From NCBI GenBank assembly GCA_963726575.1, contig CAVSCR010000003.1, positions 226,518-290,517 of the forward strand: a stretch of 64,000 bases of DNA. The letters are read 5' to 3'. The translations under genes were made by a program, and so were the position numbers. The notes below the pieces were generated by a model. That model made no database searches, was not told the DNA's origin, and worked only from the letters and a program-made list of their open reading frames with translations. Source of the stretch: an uncultured Actinomycetota bacterium. GTDB taxonomy: Bacteria; Actinomycetota; Actinomycetes; JAHEKZ01. Below, piece after piece: positions 19,512 through 33,057 of this stretch; the stretch's first letter is position 1, and every line of letters starts with the position of its first letter.

Positions 19512-20567
19512 TCAGCGCGGCCCGTCGACGACGCGCGCGGCCAGGGCGTCACCGATCTGTGTCGTGGAGCGTTGGACCGATCCGCGCGCCGCCAGGTCGG
19601 CCGAGACCGCCGCTTCGACGGCAGCCGCTGCCTCGGCGTGGCCGAGGTGGTCCAACAGCAACGCCACCGACAAGACGGTGGCGGTCGGGTCAGCGACCCC
19701 CTGTCCCGCGATGTCAGGTGCCGACCCATGCACCGGCTCGAACATGCTGGGATTGGTGCGGGTCATGTCCAGGTTGCCGCTTGCCGCACGTCCGATGCCG
19801 CCAGCGATGGCAGCGCCGATGTCAGTGATGACGTCGCCGAACAAGTTGTCGGTGACAACGACGTCGAACCGCTCCGGAGCAGTCACGAAGAACATGCTCG
19901 CCGCATCCACATGCTGATACTCGGTCTCGACCTCGGGGTACTCAGCGGACACCCGGACAAAGGTTCGCGTCCACAAACCGCCGGCGTGCGTCATCACGTT
20001 GTTCTTGTGCACCAGTGTCAGTTTGCGTCGTGGCCGATTGCTCGCACGGCGGAACGCATCACGAATCACCCGCTCACAGCCGAACGCCGTGTTCAGGCTC
20101 TCCTCGGTCGCGACCTCCTCGGGCGTGTCCCGACGCAGCACGCCGCCCGCGCCCGCGTAGGGACCTTCGGTTCCTTCGCGAACCACGACCATGTCGATGT
20201 CGGCCGGTCCCTTGCCGGCCAGCGGCGTCGACACGCCTGGGTAGAGCCGCACCGGACGCAGGTTCACGAAGTGGTCCAGTGCGAAGCGCAGCTTGAGCAG
20301 CAAACCTCGCTCGAGCACCCCGCTGGGCACGCTCGGATCGCCCACCGCACCCAGGAGGATCGCGTCGTGTTCGCGGATCTCCGACAGCACGGAGTCGGGC
20401 AGCGTCTCGCCGCTGGCGTGCCACCGTCGAGCTCCCAGGTCGTACTCGGTCGGCTCGAACGCCAGCCCGTAACGGTCGGCTACGGCGTCCAGGACCTTGC
20501 GGCCCTCGGCCACCACCTCAGGCCCGATGCCGTCGCCGCCGATCACGGCCAGCCGGTAGTCCGTCAT
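19512..20567 (-). CDS. leuB: 3-isopropylmalate dehydrogenase
   Basis: [19 protein letters not shown]...; isocitrate/isopropylmalate dehydrogenase family. Confidence 0.92.
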   Translation of the reverse strand: MTDYRLAVIGGDGIGPEVVAEGRKVLDAVADRYGLAFEPTEYDLGARRWHASGETLPDSVLSEIREHDAILLGAVGDPSVPSGVLERGLLLKLRFALDHFVNLRPVRLYPGVSTPLAGKGPADIDMVVVREGTEGPYAGAGGVLRRDTPEEVATEESLNTAFGCERVIRDAFRRASNRPRRKLTLVHKNNVMTHAGGLWTRTFVRVSAEYPEVETEYQHVDAASMFFVTAPERFDVVVTDNLFGDVITDIGAAIAGGIGRAASGNLDMTRTNPSMFEPVHGSAPDIAGQGVADPTATVLSVALLLDHLGHAEAAAAVEAAVSADLAARGSVQRSTTQIGDALAARVVDGPR

Positions 20568-20641
20568 GGGGCCACAGCGTATTGGCGCATCTTGGCCTTC
20601 GAACGCTCTGCCCGCGGACTGAGACGGCAGCCAGGGAGCTC

Positions 20642-21883
20642 TCAGCGACCCGCACCGGAGGGGGTCGGTGAGCCGTCAGTCAGCGGCGTCGCAACGTCGT
20701 GGGCTGCGGTCCTGAAGGTCCAGGCGATCGAGGCGAGGAGGGTGAGGAGGAGCAAGATGTCGATGCTGCCGAGGAGGAACTGCGGCGGTGAGTTCCGGTA
20801 GGTGTGCACCACGAGCCACACCACCCGCCCCAGCAGCACGGCGCCGAGCGTGACCGCCAGCCACCGGATCTGCCAGTACCTCCGGTCGGTGCCCAGGCGT
20901 ACCGAGGCGACCAGCAGTGGCAGGATGAAGATCCAGTGGTGGATCCAGCTGACCGGTGAGATCGCAAGCATCCCAGCCATGGCGACCGCTTCGGCCAACC
21001 ATGGCCGGCGCCTCACGACGTTGTGGGCGGTCCACAGCACCATGGCGGCCACCAGCAGCGCGCAGCAGGACCAGAGCGCCTGGTCGTGGACCGGGTAGTG
21101 CTGCCAGCGCACGATCAGGCCGTTGATCGACTGGTTGCTGACATACCCCAACCCGAAGCGCGACAGATCGGAGACGTCCCCGAACCAGAAGTCGGCCGAC
21201 GCTGCCGGCATTGCCACGAACGCTGCCGCGGTGATCCCGAGGAACGTGGCGGCGGCCCAACGCGCGTCGCGGATCCGACGAACGGCCAGGAAGTACGCGA
21301 TCAGGAACAACGGCGTCAGCTTCAGCGCCGCAGCCACGCCGACCATCACCCCGCGAGGCAGGCGTGGCCAAGCCCCGCACAGATCCGCGAGCACGAGCAG
21401 GACGATCAACACATTGATCTGGCCGGTCCCAAGGCCAACACGCAGCGGGTCGGACACGGCGACGAGCACGAAGACCATCAAGCGCCAGGTCGGGTCGGCG
21501 GCGATTGCCGGGGAGGCATACCGGTCAAGCGTCAGCCGCACGACGAACCACAGTCCGACCAGGGAGGTGAGGGTCCATCCAAGTTGCGCCAACCCCTGCG
21601 GCACAGGGGAGAGCGGGAAGAACAGCAACGCCGAGACCGGCGGGTACGTGAAGGGGTACCCCGAGCCGGTCACCAGCCCGTTGTAGAGGTGATGACCACT
21701 CAGCGCCGCCGCGCCGCCGGCGCGGTAAACGGCAAGGTCCAGCTCATAGCCCTGCCACGCGTGCACCAGGTAGCCGGCACAGACCGCCGCAGCGCCCAGG
21801 ACCAGCAAGCCCCGGGCCGGCCGGCCCCAACCCCCGACCCACTCGGCCCGCACCGCACGCACCCTACGCCGGAGGCCGCGCAT
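20642..21883 (-). CDS. polytopic membrane protein, DUF2029/GT87-like glycosyltransferase (polyprenyl-phosphate-sugar dependent, PimE-like)
   Basis: 413 aa with about 10 predicted TM segments and no soluble domain. Sits between leuB and serA, which are adjacent in Mtb. Confidence 0.6.
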   Translation of the reverse strand: MRGLRRRVRAVRAEWVGGWGRPARGLLVLGAAAVCAGYLVHAWQGYELDLAVYRAGGAAALSGHHLYNGLVTGSGYPFTYPPVSALLFFPLSPVPQGLAQLGWTLTSLVGLWFVVRLTLDRYASPAIAADPTWRLMVFVLVAVSDPLRVGLGTGQINVLIVLLVLADLCGAWPRLPRGVMVGVAAALKLTPLFLIAYFLAVRRIRDARWAAATFLGITAAAFVAMPAASADFWFGDVSDLSRFGLGYVSNQSINGLIVRWQHYPVHDQALWSCCALLVAAMVLWTAHNVVRRRPWLAEAVAMAGMLAISPVSWIHHWIFILPLLVASVRLGTDRRYWQIRWLAVTLGAVLLGRVVWLVVHTYRNSPPQFLLGSIDILLLLTLLASIAWTFRTAAHDVATPLTDGSPTPSGAGR

Positions 21884-21913
21884 GGCGGCTTGTCGTCGGC
21901 ACGCGCGTGCCGA

Positions 21914-23497
21914 CTACAGGTCGATCGTTCGCCCGTCGTGGGCGCTGATCCCGGCAACGATCAGCTCGGTGACCTCCGCCGGAATCACGGAGTCCACGGT
22001 CAGGGCGATCAGGGCGTGTCCGCCGAGGGACGTGCGGCTCACCTGCATCCCGGCGATGTTGATGTCGTGCTCGCCGAGGATCCGACCGACGGTGCCGACC
22101 ACGCCGGGCTTGTCGTGGTAGCGAAAGAACGCGAGGTGGCTGGCCGGAGCGATGTCCACGTCGAACCCATCGATCTCCACGAGCTTCTCGACGTCCTTCG
22201 GCCCCGAAAGGGTCCCCGACACCGACACCTGTCGGCCGTCGGCCAACGCACCGCGAACGATGAGCAGGTTCCGGTGATCGGGACTGTCCCCGTCGACGAC
22301 GAGGTTGATCACCACACCACGCTCAGCGGCAAGCAGCGGCGCGTTCACGTAGGACACATGCTCGTCGACGATCCCGTCGAAGACGCCCTTCAGAGCGGCC
22401 AGCTCGAGCACCTTGACATCCGCAGCAGCGAGCTCGCCTCGCGCCTCCACGGTCAGCCCCTCAGGGGCGCCCCCGGCCAGCCCGGTGAAGACGGCGCCGA
22501 GCTTCTCGGCCAGTGCAATGAAGGGTCGGACGTCCTCCTCGATCACGCCACCCTCGACGTTGACCGCGTCGGGAACGAGCTCGCCCGAAAGCGCCAGCCG
22601 CACCGATCGGGCGACTGCGATGCCCGCCTTCTCCTGTGCCTCATCGGTGCTCGCTCCCAGGTGCGGCGTCGCCACGACGCGCTCCAGTGCGAACAGGGGC
22701 GAATCCGTGCAGGGCTCCTTGGCATACACGTCGACGCCGGCTCCCCACACGCGACCCGTCGAGATCGCCTCAGCCAGGGCTTGCTCGTCGACGATGCCAC
22801 CGCGGGCGGCATTCACGATGATCACCGTCGGCTTGACGAGCGACAGCTGTTCCTCGCCGATCAAGCCGACCGTCTCCGGCGTCTTGGGCAGGTGCACCGT
22901 GATGAAGTCGCTCTGTCGCAGCAACGTGTCCAGTGGGACGAGCGTCACCCCCATCTGGGCAGCGCGGGCCGGCTGCACATACGGGTCGTACGCGATCACA
23001 TTGGTACCGAACGCGAGTAGACGCTGTGCGGCCAGCTGTCCGATCCGGCCGAGGCCGACCACGCCGACCGTCTTCCCGTACACCTCGATGCCGGTGTACC
23101 GGGATCGCGCCCACTCTCCGCGCCGCAGGGCAGCGTCCGCTTGAGGGATGTTGCGTGCAGCGGCCAGCAACAAGGCCACAGCCAGCTCCGCCGCGCTGAC
23201 GATGTTCGAGGTCGGCGCATTCACGACCATCACGCCAGCCTGGGTGGCAGCTGCGACGTCGACGTTGTCCAGCCCCACGCCCGCACGGGCGACCACCCGC
23301 AGCTTCGACGCAGCAGCCAGCACGTCGGCGTCGACCCGAGTGGCGCTGCGCACGAGGATCGCGTCGACGTCGCGCACGCAGGCCAGCAGCTCGGCCCGAT
23401 CGGCACCGTTGCAGTGCCGCACCTCGAAGTCCGGCCCCAGGGCCTCGAGGGTGGCCGGCGACAGCTCCTCGGCGATGAGGACCACGGGTCGGGTCAC
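21914..23497 (-). CDS. serA: D-3-phosphoglycerate dehydrogenase (long form with ASB and ACT domains)
   Basis: 527 aa with the 2-hydroxyacid DH catalytic and NAD domains (GVVGLGRIGQLAAQRL) plus a C-terminal ACT domain. Confidence 0.93.
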   Translation of the reverse strand: MTRPVVLIAEELSPATLEALGPDFEVRHCNGADRAELLACVRDVDAILVRSATRVDADVLAAASKLRVVARAGVGLDNVDVAAATQAGVMVVNAPTSNIVSAAELAVALLLAAARNIPQADAALRRGEWARSRYTGIEVYGKTVGVVGLGRIGQLAAQRLLAFGTNVIAYDPYVQPARAAQMGVTLVPLDTLLRQSDFITVHLPKTPETVGLIGEEQLSLVKPTVIIVNAARGGIVDEQALAEAISTGRVWGAGVDVYAKEPCTDSPLFALERVVATPHLGASTDEAQEKAGIAVARSVRLALSGELVPDAVNVEGGVIEEDVRPFIALAEKLGAVFTGLAGGAPEGLTVEARGELAAADVKVLELAALKGVFDGIVDEHVSYVNAPLLAAERGVVINLVVDGDSPDHRNLLIVRGALADGRQVSVSGTLSGPKDVEKLVEIDGFDVDIAPASHLAFFRYHDKPGVVGTVGRILGEHDINIAGMQVSRTSLGGHALIALTVDSVIPAEVTELIVAGISAHDGRTIDL

Positions 23498-23730
23498 GGC
23501 GCGTCAACGTCCTTCGCAGTAGTGGAGCCGGCGATTCTACTGAGCAGGTGAGGACGTTCCTCGGCCGGCGGGTGCGTCGAGGAGATCTGCTTGGACACGG
23601 CCAGGCATCACGTCGTCGCCGTGCGTGATCACGGTCGACTGCGCGGGTGGGCTGGCCTGACCCGATGCCGAAGCACCCCCGGCCGTGGGGCACCCTTGGT
23701 CGCCAGACAAGGTCGGACAAGGGGTGGACG

Positions 23731-26700
23731 TTGCGTAGGAGTCGACGCGCGAGGGTGTCGGTCGCCCGTCGGCGCGCCCTCGCGGGACTCGCCGCCCTGG
23801 TCGTCGCCGCCTTCGTCGGTGGCCTGCTGCCGCTGACACCGTGGGCTCCCTCGTGGGTCGCGCCCGTGGCCGCGGCCGCCGGCCCGGCCATTCCAGGCAC
23901 CGTGTCCGATCGCCCCGACGACCACACCCTCAGCGCGGCCAACGGCGAGGTGCGCGCGCTGGCACAGGTCGGCAACCGCATCTATCTCGGCGGCACATTC
24001 ACCAAGGTCGGGCCCGCGCGGTTGGGCGCCGCTGGCGTTCTCCAGACGCGTCACCGCGCCTTCAGCGGGCACTTCCCTGATGTCTCCGGCGTGGTCTATG
24101 CGGCGGCGGCCGACGGTCACGGCGGTTGGTACCTCGGGGGAAGCTTCACCACGGTGGGCGGCGCGTCTCGAGCCAACCTCGCTCACGTCCTGGCCAACGG
24201 GCGGGTGGCGCGCTGGAGTCCGCACCCCAACGGCGCCGTCAGAGCGCTCACCCTGACCCGCAGCGGCGTCGTCGTCGGCGGCGACTTCACCACCATGTCG
24301 GGGCGGCCGGCCGGGCACCTGGTCAGCCTCGCGTTGCGCACCGGCCACATCCGGTGGGACGCCGCCCTGGACGACTCCGCCCTGAGTCTCGCCCTGAGCT
24401 CGGACCAGAGGACCGTCTACGTCGGAGGCGCGTTCACCCACGCACGCGTGACTGTGCGCCGCGGGCTCCTGGCGCTGAGCGCGCGATCGGGCCGGCTGGA
24501 CCGGCGGTTCCACCCGAGTGTGGACGGGCCCGTCCGGGCGCTTGCGGTCGACGGCAAGACCGTCTGGCTGGGCGGTGATTTCACCTCGGTGGCCGGTCGG
24601 CCGCATCGCCATCTCGCGGCCGTGACGACCTCGGGGACGCCGCGCCGGAGCCCGAGCACGGACGCAGCGGTGCTGGCGCTGGTCATCGACCGAGGTCACC
24701 ACCGGGTGTTCCTGGCAGGCAAGTTCGGCCGCGTGGCCGGCCTGAGGCGACCGCGCCTGGCAGCCGTGTCGACGACGACTGGCAAGCTGGGCCGGATCCA
24801 CCTGACCCACCCCAGCGGTGAAGTCCGCGCGCTGAGCATCAGTCACGGGAGCCTCATCCTGGCCGGGGACTTCCAGGACAGCCCGGTCAAGACGGCTCCC
24901 GGCGTGCTGGCGCAGATCCCGCTGAACTCCGCGGCAGTCCGGCATGCCGTCCCGTTCGAGGCAGCACCCGCCTCCATGAGTCGGCCCAGCCGGGACGGGG
25001 GCGGCGTCTACGCGCTGGCCACCGGGCTGTCGGGACGCGTTCTGGTGGGCGGCGACTTCTCCGACTACGGGCTGGTCACCCGACGGCACCTGGCGGCGTT
25101 CAACGCCGACACCGGGGCACTCGACCGTACGTTCCGTCCGCGCGTCGACGGTCCGATCTACACGCTGAAGTCCACACCCAGCGGCCAGGCGCTGTTCCTC
25201 GGCGGCGCGTTCCACACCGTCGACAGGTTGGCCCGCAAGAACCTGGCCCGCATCGGCTCGGTTCGTGGCGAACTCGACAAGGTCTTCCGGGCCGACACCA
25301 ACGCCTTCGTCAAGGACATGGCCGTGTCGAGCAACGGACGCCTGTACGTGGCAGGCCCGTTCGTCACGCTCGGCGGAGCGCCGGCTCGGCATCTCGCAGC
25401 GCTATCGGCCACCACCGGACACCTCCTGGGCGGCTTCACCATGCCGGTCACGAGGCCCACCAACGAAGTCAGCGACGGAGTCCGGGCCATCGCCTTGTCC
25501 CCGGATGAGCAGACCCTGGCAGTCGTCGGCAACTTCCGCCGCGTCGGTGGCATCGATCGACCGCTGGTGGCGCTGATCGATGTGGGGGTCACCCCGGCCA
25601 AGGTGCGCGCGTGGCGAACCACGTTGTATGACACGCCCTGCGCAGCTGGCCGGGTTGGTCGGATGCGCGACGTCGCCTTCTCACCAAATGGATCGCAGCT
25701 GTTCGTCGTGAGCGCCGGAACATACAACCCGCCTGCTTGTGACTCGGTCAATGCCTTCCCAGTCGTTCCCAACCATGCCGATGTGACACCACAGTGGACC
25801 GCGCGGATAGGCGACAGCATCGAGACCGTCATCGCAGCCCCGGGCACGGTGTACCTGGGCGGCCACTTCCGCGTCATCGACCGCACCACATGGACCGACC
25901 CTCGGTACCACCTCGCCGCGCTGGACTCCGCCACGGGTCGACCCCTCTCCTGGCAGCCGAACGCCAACGGGTTCCGGGGCGTGCGCGAGCTCGAGATGGG
26001 TCCCTCGGGGCTGTTGGTCGGTAGCGACGCGAAGGCGTTCGCCCAACTGCCCCACGGACGAGTCGCCGTGTTCGCGCCGGCCCCCCCGGGGCTGTCCGTG
26101 CGGGTGACCGGCAGCCGGGCCTGGGTACCACCGGCCGGCGCCTCCGTCACCTTCGACGTCACCTTGAGCAACACCTCTGGCGCCGCACTTGCCGTGAACG
26201 GCCTCACCGACAGCCACCTCGGCAACCTCGACGGAGTGGGGACCTGCGCCGTGCCGGCGACGATCATGGCCGGGTCGTCGTACGAGTGCCACTACGCCGC
26301 GATCGTCAGTGGCAAGGCGGGCAGCGGTGTCAAGCACACGGTCACCGCAAGCACCGGCGCGGCGACCGCCAGCGACACGGTCAAGACCACGATGGTCGCC
26401 CACGTCCCCACGGTCCGGCTCTCGGCGAGGACTGCCCCGATCCGGGTGCCGCGTGCCGGTGCGCGGATCCGGATCGGAGTGACGCTCACCAACGTCGACC
26501 CCGTCAGCTCGGTCGTCATCAAGACGCTCGCCTCGAACCGCTGGGGCGACCTCACCTCCACCTGCGGGTTCCCCAAGACCGTCGCGCCGAACGCCAGCGT
26601 CTGGTGCCGCCTCGACCCACGCGTCGGCGGCGCGCCCGGGACCTCTGTCCCCTTGCGGTTCAGCGCCACGGGGACGGTCGGCACCCACTCCTTCAGCGCC

Positions 26701-26733
26701 GCAGGTCAGGTGCGCGTGCGGGTGGCGGGGTAG
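23731..26733 (+). CDS. large secreted repeat protein: about 11 beta-propeller-type repeats (delta-60 / DUF5122-like, G-G-x-F-T-x-V-G-G-x-x-R-x-x-L-A) plus two C-terminal DUF11/Ig-like modules
   Basis: Track ORF 23647..26733. An RR-rich signal peptide (RRSRRARVSVARRRALAGLAALVVAAFVGG) follows the TTG at 23731 or GTG at 23755. Repeats recur every 45-50 aa (VYLGGTFTKVGPARLGAAGV, WYLGGSFTTVGGASRANLAHV, VWLGGDFTSVAGRPHRHLAAV, ...). The tail has two Cys-pair modules (VTFDVTLSNTSGAALAVNGLTD...CAVP...YEC and IGVTLTNVDPVSSVVIKTLAS...CGFP...WC). Confidence 0.75.
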   Translation: MRRSRRARVSVARRRALAGLAALVVAAFVGGLLPLTPWAPSWVAPVAAAAGPAIPGTVSDRPDDHTLSAANGEVRALAQVGNRIYLGGTFTKVGPARLGAAGVLQTRHRAFSGHFPDVSGVVYAAAADGHGGWYLGGSFTTVGGASRANLAHVLANGRVARWSPHPNGAVRALTLTRSGVVVGGDFTTMSGRPAGHLVSLALRTGHIRWDAALDDSALSLALSSDQRTVYVGGAFTHARVTVRRGLLALSARSGRLDRRFHPSVDGPVRALAVDGKTVWLGGDFTSVAGRPHRHLAAVTTSGTPRRSPSTDAAVLALVIDRGHHRVFLAGKFGRVAGLRRPRLAAVSTTTGKLGRIHLTHPSGEVRALSISHGSLILAGDFQDSPVKTAPGVLAQIPLNSAAVRHAVPFEAAPASMSRPSRDGGGVYALATGLSGRVLVGGDFSDYGLVTRRHLAAFNADTGALDRTFRPRVDGPIYTLKSTPSGQALFLGGAFHTVDRLARKNLARIGSVRGELDKVFRADTNAFVKDMAVSSNGRLYVAGPFVTLGGAPARHLAALSATTGHLLGGFTMPVTRPTNEVSDGVRAIALSPDEQTLAVVGNFRRVGGIDRPLVALIDVGVTPAKVRAWRTTLYDTPCAAGRVGRMRDVAFSPNGSQLFVVSAGTYNPPACDSVNAFPVVPNHADVTPQWTARIGDSIETVIAAPGTVYLGGHFRVIDRTTWTDPRYHLAALDSATGRPLSWQPNANGFRGVRELEMGPSGLLVGSDAKAFAQLPHGRVAVFAPAPPGLSVRVTGSRAWVPPAGASVTFDVTLSNTSGAALAVNGLTDSHLGNLDGVGTCAVPATIMAGSSYECHYAAIVSGKAGSGVKHTVTASTGAATASDTVKTTMVAHVPTVRLSARTAPIRVPRAGARIRIGVTLTNVDPVSSVVIKTLASNRWGDLTSTCGFPKTVAPNASVWCRLDPRVGGAPGTSVPLRFSATGTVGTHSFSAAGQVRVRVAG

Positions 26734-26748
26734 ACGCACCGCTCAGGG

Positions 26749-30127
<3,379 letters not shown>

Positions 30128-30151
30128 CGGGTTCCTTCTGTCGTCGGGCAC

Positions 30152-30189
30152 GAAAAAACCCCTCCGACCCGTTGGGTCCGTCGAGGGGC
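30152..30189 (-). terminator. GC-rich hairpin plus U6 (intrinsic terminator/attenuator) about 14 nt upstream of the ilvB RBS
   Basis: Minus-sense reads CCCCTCGACGGACCCaacGGGTCGGAGGGG TTTTTT cgtgcc; an inner perfect stem GACCC/GGGTC and an outer stem CCCCTC/GAGGGG. Confidence 0.55.
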
Positions 30190-30212
30190 AGCGCGCGGAT
30201 GGACGAATCGGC

Positions 30213-30254
30213 TCAGGCCGCGCGCCGTCCGATTACGAGGAGAAGCTTCCGCAC
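30213..30254 (-). promoter_or_regulatory. putative ilvBNC leader peptide [16 protein letters not shown] (GTG start), carrying a Leu-Leu-Leu-Val-Ile regulatory codon run
   Basis: Minus-sense reads gtg cgg aag ctt ctc ctc gta atc gga cgg cgc gcg gcc tga. It ends about 24 nt before the terminator hairpin. Style resembles the Streptomyces ilvB leader (MRTRILVLGKRVG). A perfect 16-bp palindrome GCCCGCTGCAGCGGGC lies just upstream. Confidence 0.5.
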
Positions 30255-30337
30255 CTCGCCAGGGTCCGCCCGCTGCAGCGGGCGCGTCAAGTTTGCGAGA
30301 CAGCCATCTCATGATGCGAGACCCACGGACGAACCGC

Positions 30338-32020
30338 CTAGTCGAGCACAGCTCCCTGAGCCGCCGAGCCGACCAGCCGTGCGTACTTGCCGAGCACACC
30401 GTGCGTATACCGCGGCTCCGGCGGCTTCCAGCCGACACGGCGCCGATCGAGCTCGCTCGGGTCGACCAGCAGGTCGAGGCTGCGAGCGGCCATGTCGAGG
30501 CGGATCCGGTCGCCGTCGGCCACGAGCGCGATCGGACCTCCGTGCGGCGCCTCGGGAGCGACGTGCCCGATGCAGAACCCGGCGGTAGCGCCGGAGAAGC
30601 GGCCGTCGGTCACGAGCATGACGTCCTTGCCGAGACCGGCACCCTTGATCGCGGCCGTGACGGCGAGCATCTCGCGCATTCCGGGGCCACCCATCGGGCC
30701 CTCGTACCGGATGATCACGGCGTCACCCTGCTCGATCTGCCCCGATGTCACCGCGGCCATCGCATCCACCTCGTCGTCGAACACGCGAGCCCGCCCCTCG
30801 AACATAGGCCGGTCGATGCTGGCCGCCTTGATCACCGCACCCTCTGGCGCCAGCGATCCCTTCAAGATCGCCAGGCCGCCGCTGCTGTGAATCGGCGCAC
30901 TGAGGGGGTGCACCACCACGCCATCGGGCGACGGCGGCGCCAGCTCGGCGAGGTTCTCCGCCAGAGTTCGACCGGTCACGGTGAGTACGTCACCGTGCAG
31001 CAGACCCGCGCCGAGCAGCTCGGCCATCACCATGGGGACACCCCCGACGCGGTCGATGTCGTTCATCACGAACCTGCCGAACGGCTTGACGTCGGCGAGG
31101 TGTGGCGTTCGGTCGCCGATGCCGTTGAAGTCGTCGATGCTCAGCTCGACGCGCGCTTCGTGGGCGATGGCCAAGAGGTGAAGCACCGCGTTCGTCGATC
31201 CGCCGAGCGCCATCGTCACGGCGATCGCGTTCTCGAACGCCTCGCGCGTCAGGATGTCTCGTGTCGTGATCCCACGACGCAGCAGCTCCACCAGGGCCTC
31301 ACCGGAGCGGAAGGCGAACTCGTCGCGGCGTTTGTCGACCGCCGGCGGGGCGGCACTCCCAGGAAGCGACATTCCCAGCGCTTCGCCGATGCTGGCCATG
31401 GTGTTGGCGGTGAACATGCCACCGCAGGCACCCTCACCCGGACACGCATTGCGCTCGATCTCGTCGAGCTCACCTCTGGTGATCCGGCCGAGCGCGCACG
31501 CACCCACCCCTTCGAAGACGTCCTGGATGGTGACGTCACGCCCGGCCACGCGTCCGGGAAGGATCGACCCTGCGTACACGAACACGCTGGCCACGTCGAG
31601 CCGGGCGGCGGCCATGAGCATGCCGGGGAGCGACTTGTCGCAGCCCGCGAACGTCACCATGCCGTCGAGTCGTTCGGCGTGCATCACGGTCTCAACCGAG
31701 TCGGCGATCACCTCGCGGCTGACTAGCGAGGCCCGCATGCCCTCGTGGCCCATCGAGATCCCGTCTGAGACCGAGATCGTGTTGAACTCCATCGGGAACC
31801 CGCCGGCGGCGAAGACTCCCTCCTTCGCCTTCACCGCGAGCCGCTTCAGCGACAGGTTGCACGGCGTGATCTCGTTCCAGGACGACGCGATCCCGACCTG
31901 TGGCTTGTCCCAGTCATCGTCGGTCATCCCCACCGCGCGCAGCATCGCGCGCTGCGGGGCTCGTTCCATGCCTTCGGTGACGTCCTTGCTGCGCGGCTTG
32001 AGATCCGGGCGCTCTGTCAT
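30338..32020 (-). CDS. ilvD: dihydroxy-acid dehydratase
   Basis: 560-aa IlvD/EDD family with Fe-S Cys ligands ([18 protein letters not shown]). Confidence 0.93.
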   Translation of the reverse strand: MTERPDLKPRSKDVTEGMERAPQRAMLRAVGMTDDDWDKPQVGIASSWNEITPCNLSLKRLAVKAKEGVFAAGGFPMEFNTISVSDGISMGHEGMRASLVSREVIADSVETVMHAERLDGMVTFAGCDKSLPGMLMAAARLDVASVFVYAGSILPGRVAGRDVTIQDVFEGVGACALGRITRGELDEIERNACPGEGACGGMFTANTMASIGEALGMSLPGSAAPPAVDKRRDEFAFRSGEALVELLRRGITTRDILTREAFENAIAVTMALGGSTNAVLHLLAIAHEARVELSIDDFNGIGDRTPHLADVKPFGRFVMNDIDRVGGVPMVMAELLGAGLLHGDVLTVTGRTLAENLAELAPPSPDGVVVHPLSAPIHSSGGLAILKGSLAPEGAVIKAASIDRPMFEGRARVFDDEVDAMAAVTSGQIEQGDAVIIRYEGPMGGPGMREMLAVTAAIKGAGLGKDVMLVTDGRFSGATAGFCIGHVAPEAPHGGPIALVADGDRIRLDMAARSLDLLVDPSELDRRRVGWKPPEPRYTHGVLGKYARLVGSAAQGAVLD

Positions 32021-32036
32021 GATTCCAACGTACGGG

Positions 32037-32771
32037 TCATGACTCCAGCGTACGGGTGGCGATCACGTCGACCACGCGATGCCCTCGTGCCAGCCCGCGC
32101 AGCTCGAACCTCGTCGCGGGACGAGACCTCGGGCGTGGCGCGTAGCCGCCATGCGGGTTCTCCAACAGTGGCTCGGCGTCGATCACCGACACCATCTGTT
32201 CGCCGTAGGCCTCCCAGTCCGTGGCGCAGTGCAGGAATCCGCCGGGTCGGATCCGCGAGGCCAACAACGTCACGAACGCGGGCTGCACCAGACGGCGTTT
32301 GCGATGTCGGGACTTCGGCCAGGGGTCTGGGAAGAAGATGCGAACGCCGGTGAGGGTGTCGGGCGCCAGCATCGTGTCGACGACCTCCACAGCGTCGCCC
32401 TGCATGACGCGCACGTTGGTCAGGTGTCGGCGACCCGTGTGATCCAGCAGCTGACCCACCCCTGGCGTGTGGACGTCGATGGCCAGCACGTTCGTCGCCG
32501 GGTCGTCGGCCGCCATCGCCGCGGTGGCGTCCCCCATGCCGAATCCGATCTCGAGCACCACAGCGTGGTCGTTGCCGAACACCAGGGGCAGGTCCAGCGG
32601 CTCGTGGTCGACGGGAAGCAACCAGCAGTCCCGGTACCTGGCCAACGCGGAGGCCTGCGTCGGGGTGACCCGGTTGCGCCGCGCGTGGAAGGTCCGGATC
32701 CGATCGGTGGTCACGGGGTTCGAGCCTAGGTCGGACTTCGGGGTGCCTACGCCACGTCCCGGCTCAGCCAC
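32037..32771 (-). CDS. trmB: tRNA (guanine-N7)-methyltransferase
   Basis: [16 protein letters not shown] (SAM-binding) and [19 protein letters not shown], the TrmB signature. Confidence 0.88.
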   Translation of the reverse strand: MAEPGRGVGTPKSDLGSNPVTTDRIRTFHARRNRVTPTQASALARYRDCWLLPVDHEPLDLPLVFGNDHAVVLEIGFGMGDATAAMAADDPATNVLAIDVHTPGVGQLLDHTGRRHLTNVRVMQGDAVEVVDTMLAPDTLTGVRIFFPDPWPKSRHRKRRLVQPAFVTLLASRIRPGGFLHCATDWEAYGEQMVSVIDAEPLLENPHGGYAPRPRSRPATRFELRGLARGHRVVDVIATRTLES

Positions 32772-33057
32772 CAGCCACCGACGGCACCACCAGCAGCTCG
32801 GCCCCGTCTGCTACGGGGGTCTGCTCGCCGCCGGTGCCTCGGATGTCGGCGCCGTCCACGTAGAGGTTCACGAAGCGCCGGACCTGTCCGCTTTCGTCCC
32901 TCAGCCGACGCTCGACGCCCGGTCGCTGCCGCGCCAACGCGTCGAGTACGTCGCCCACGGTTGCCGGTCGCGCGGACTCCTCCAGCGCCACCTCGAACCG
33001 ACCGCGGCCGGTGCCGCCGGAGAGGGCCGCCGGCACGTCGACCGTGACCAACGTCAC
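32764..33057 (-). CDS. MoaD/ThiS-family ubiquitin-like small protein ending in Gly-Gly
   Basis: C-terminal 97 aa of track ORF 32764..33735 (VTLVTVDVPAAL...[37 protein letters not shown]). The GTG start at 33057 overlaps the TGA of the upstream gene (GTGA). The stop overlaps the trmB start. Confidence 0.6.
   Translation of the reverse strand: MTLVTVDVPAALSGGTGRGRFEVALEESARPATVGDVLDALARQRPGVERRLRDESGQVRRFVNLYVDGADIRGTGGEQTPVADGAELLVVPSVAGG

Noticed and set aside
19176-20801. 541-aa + strand ORF antisense to ilvE-leuB
   Set aside because: Same reasoning; a shadow ORF.
21023-23020. 665-aa + strand ORF across the DUF2029 and serA genes
   Set aside because: Antisense to two genes with clear homology. 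No recognisable motifs.
23629-25392. 587-aa minus-strand ORF overlapping the large secreted repeat protein
   Set aside because: Arg/Gly/Pro-rich shadow frame. The + strand frame has a periodic conserved repeat architecture.
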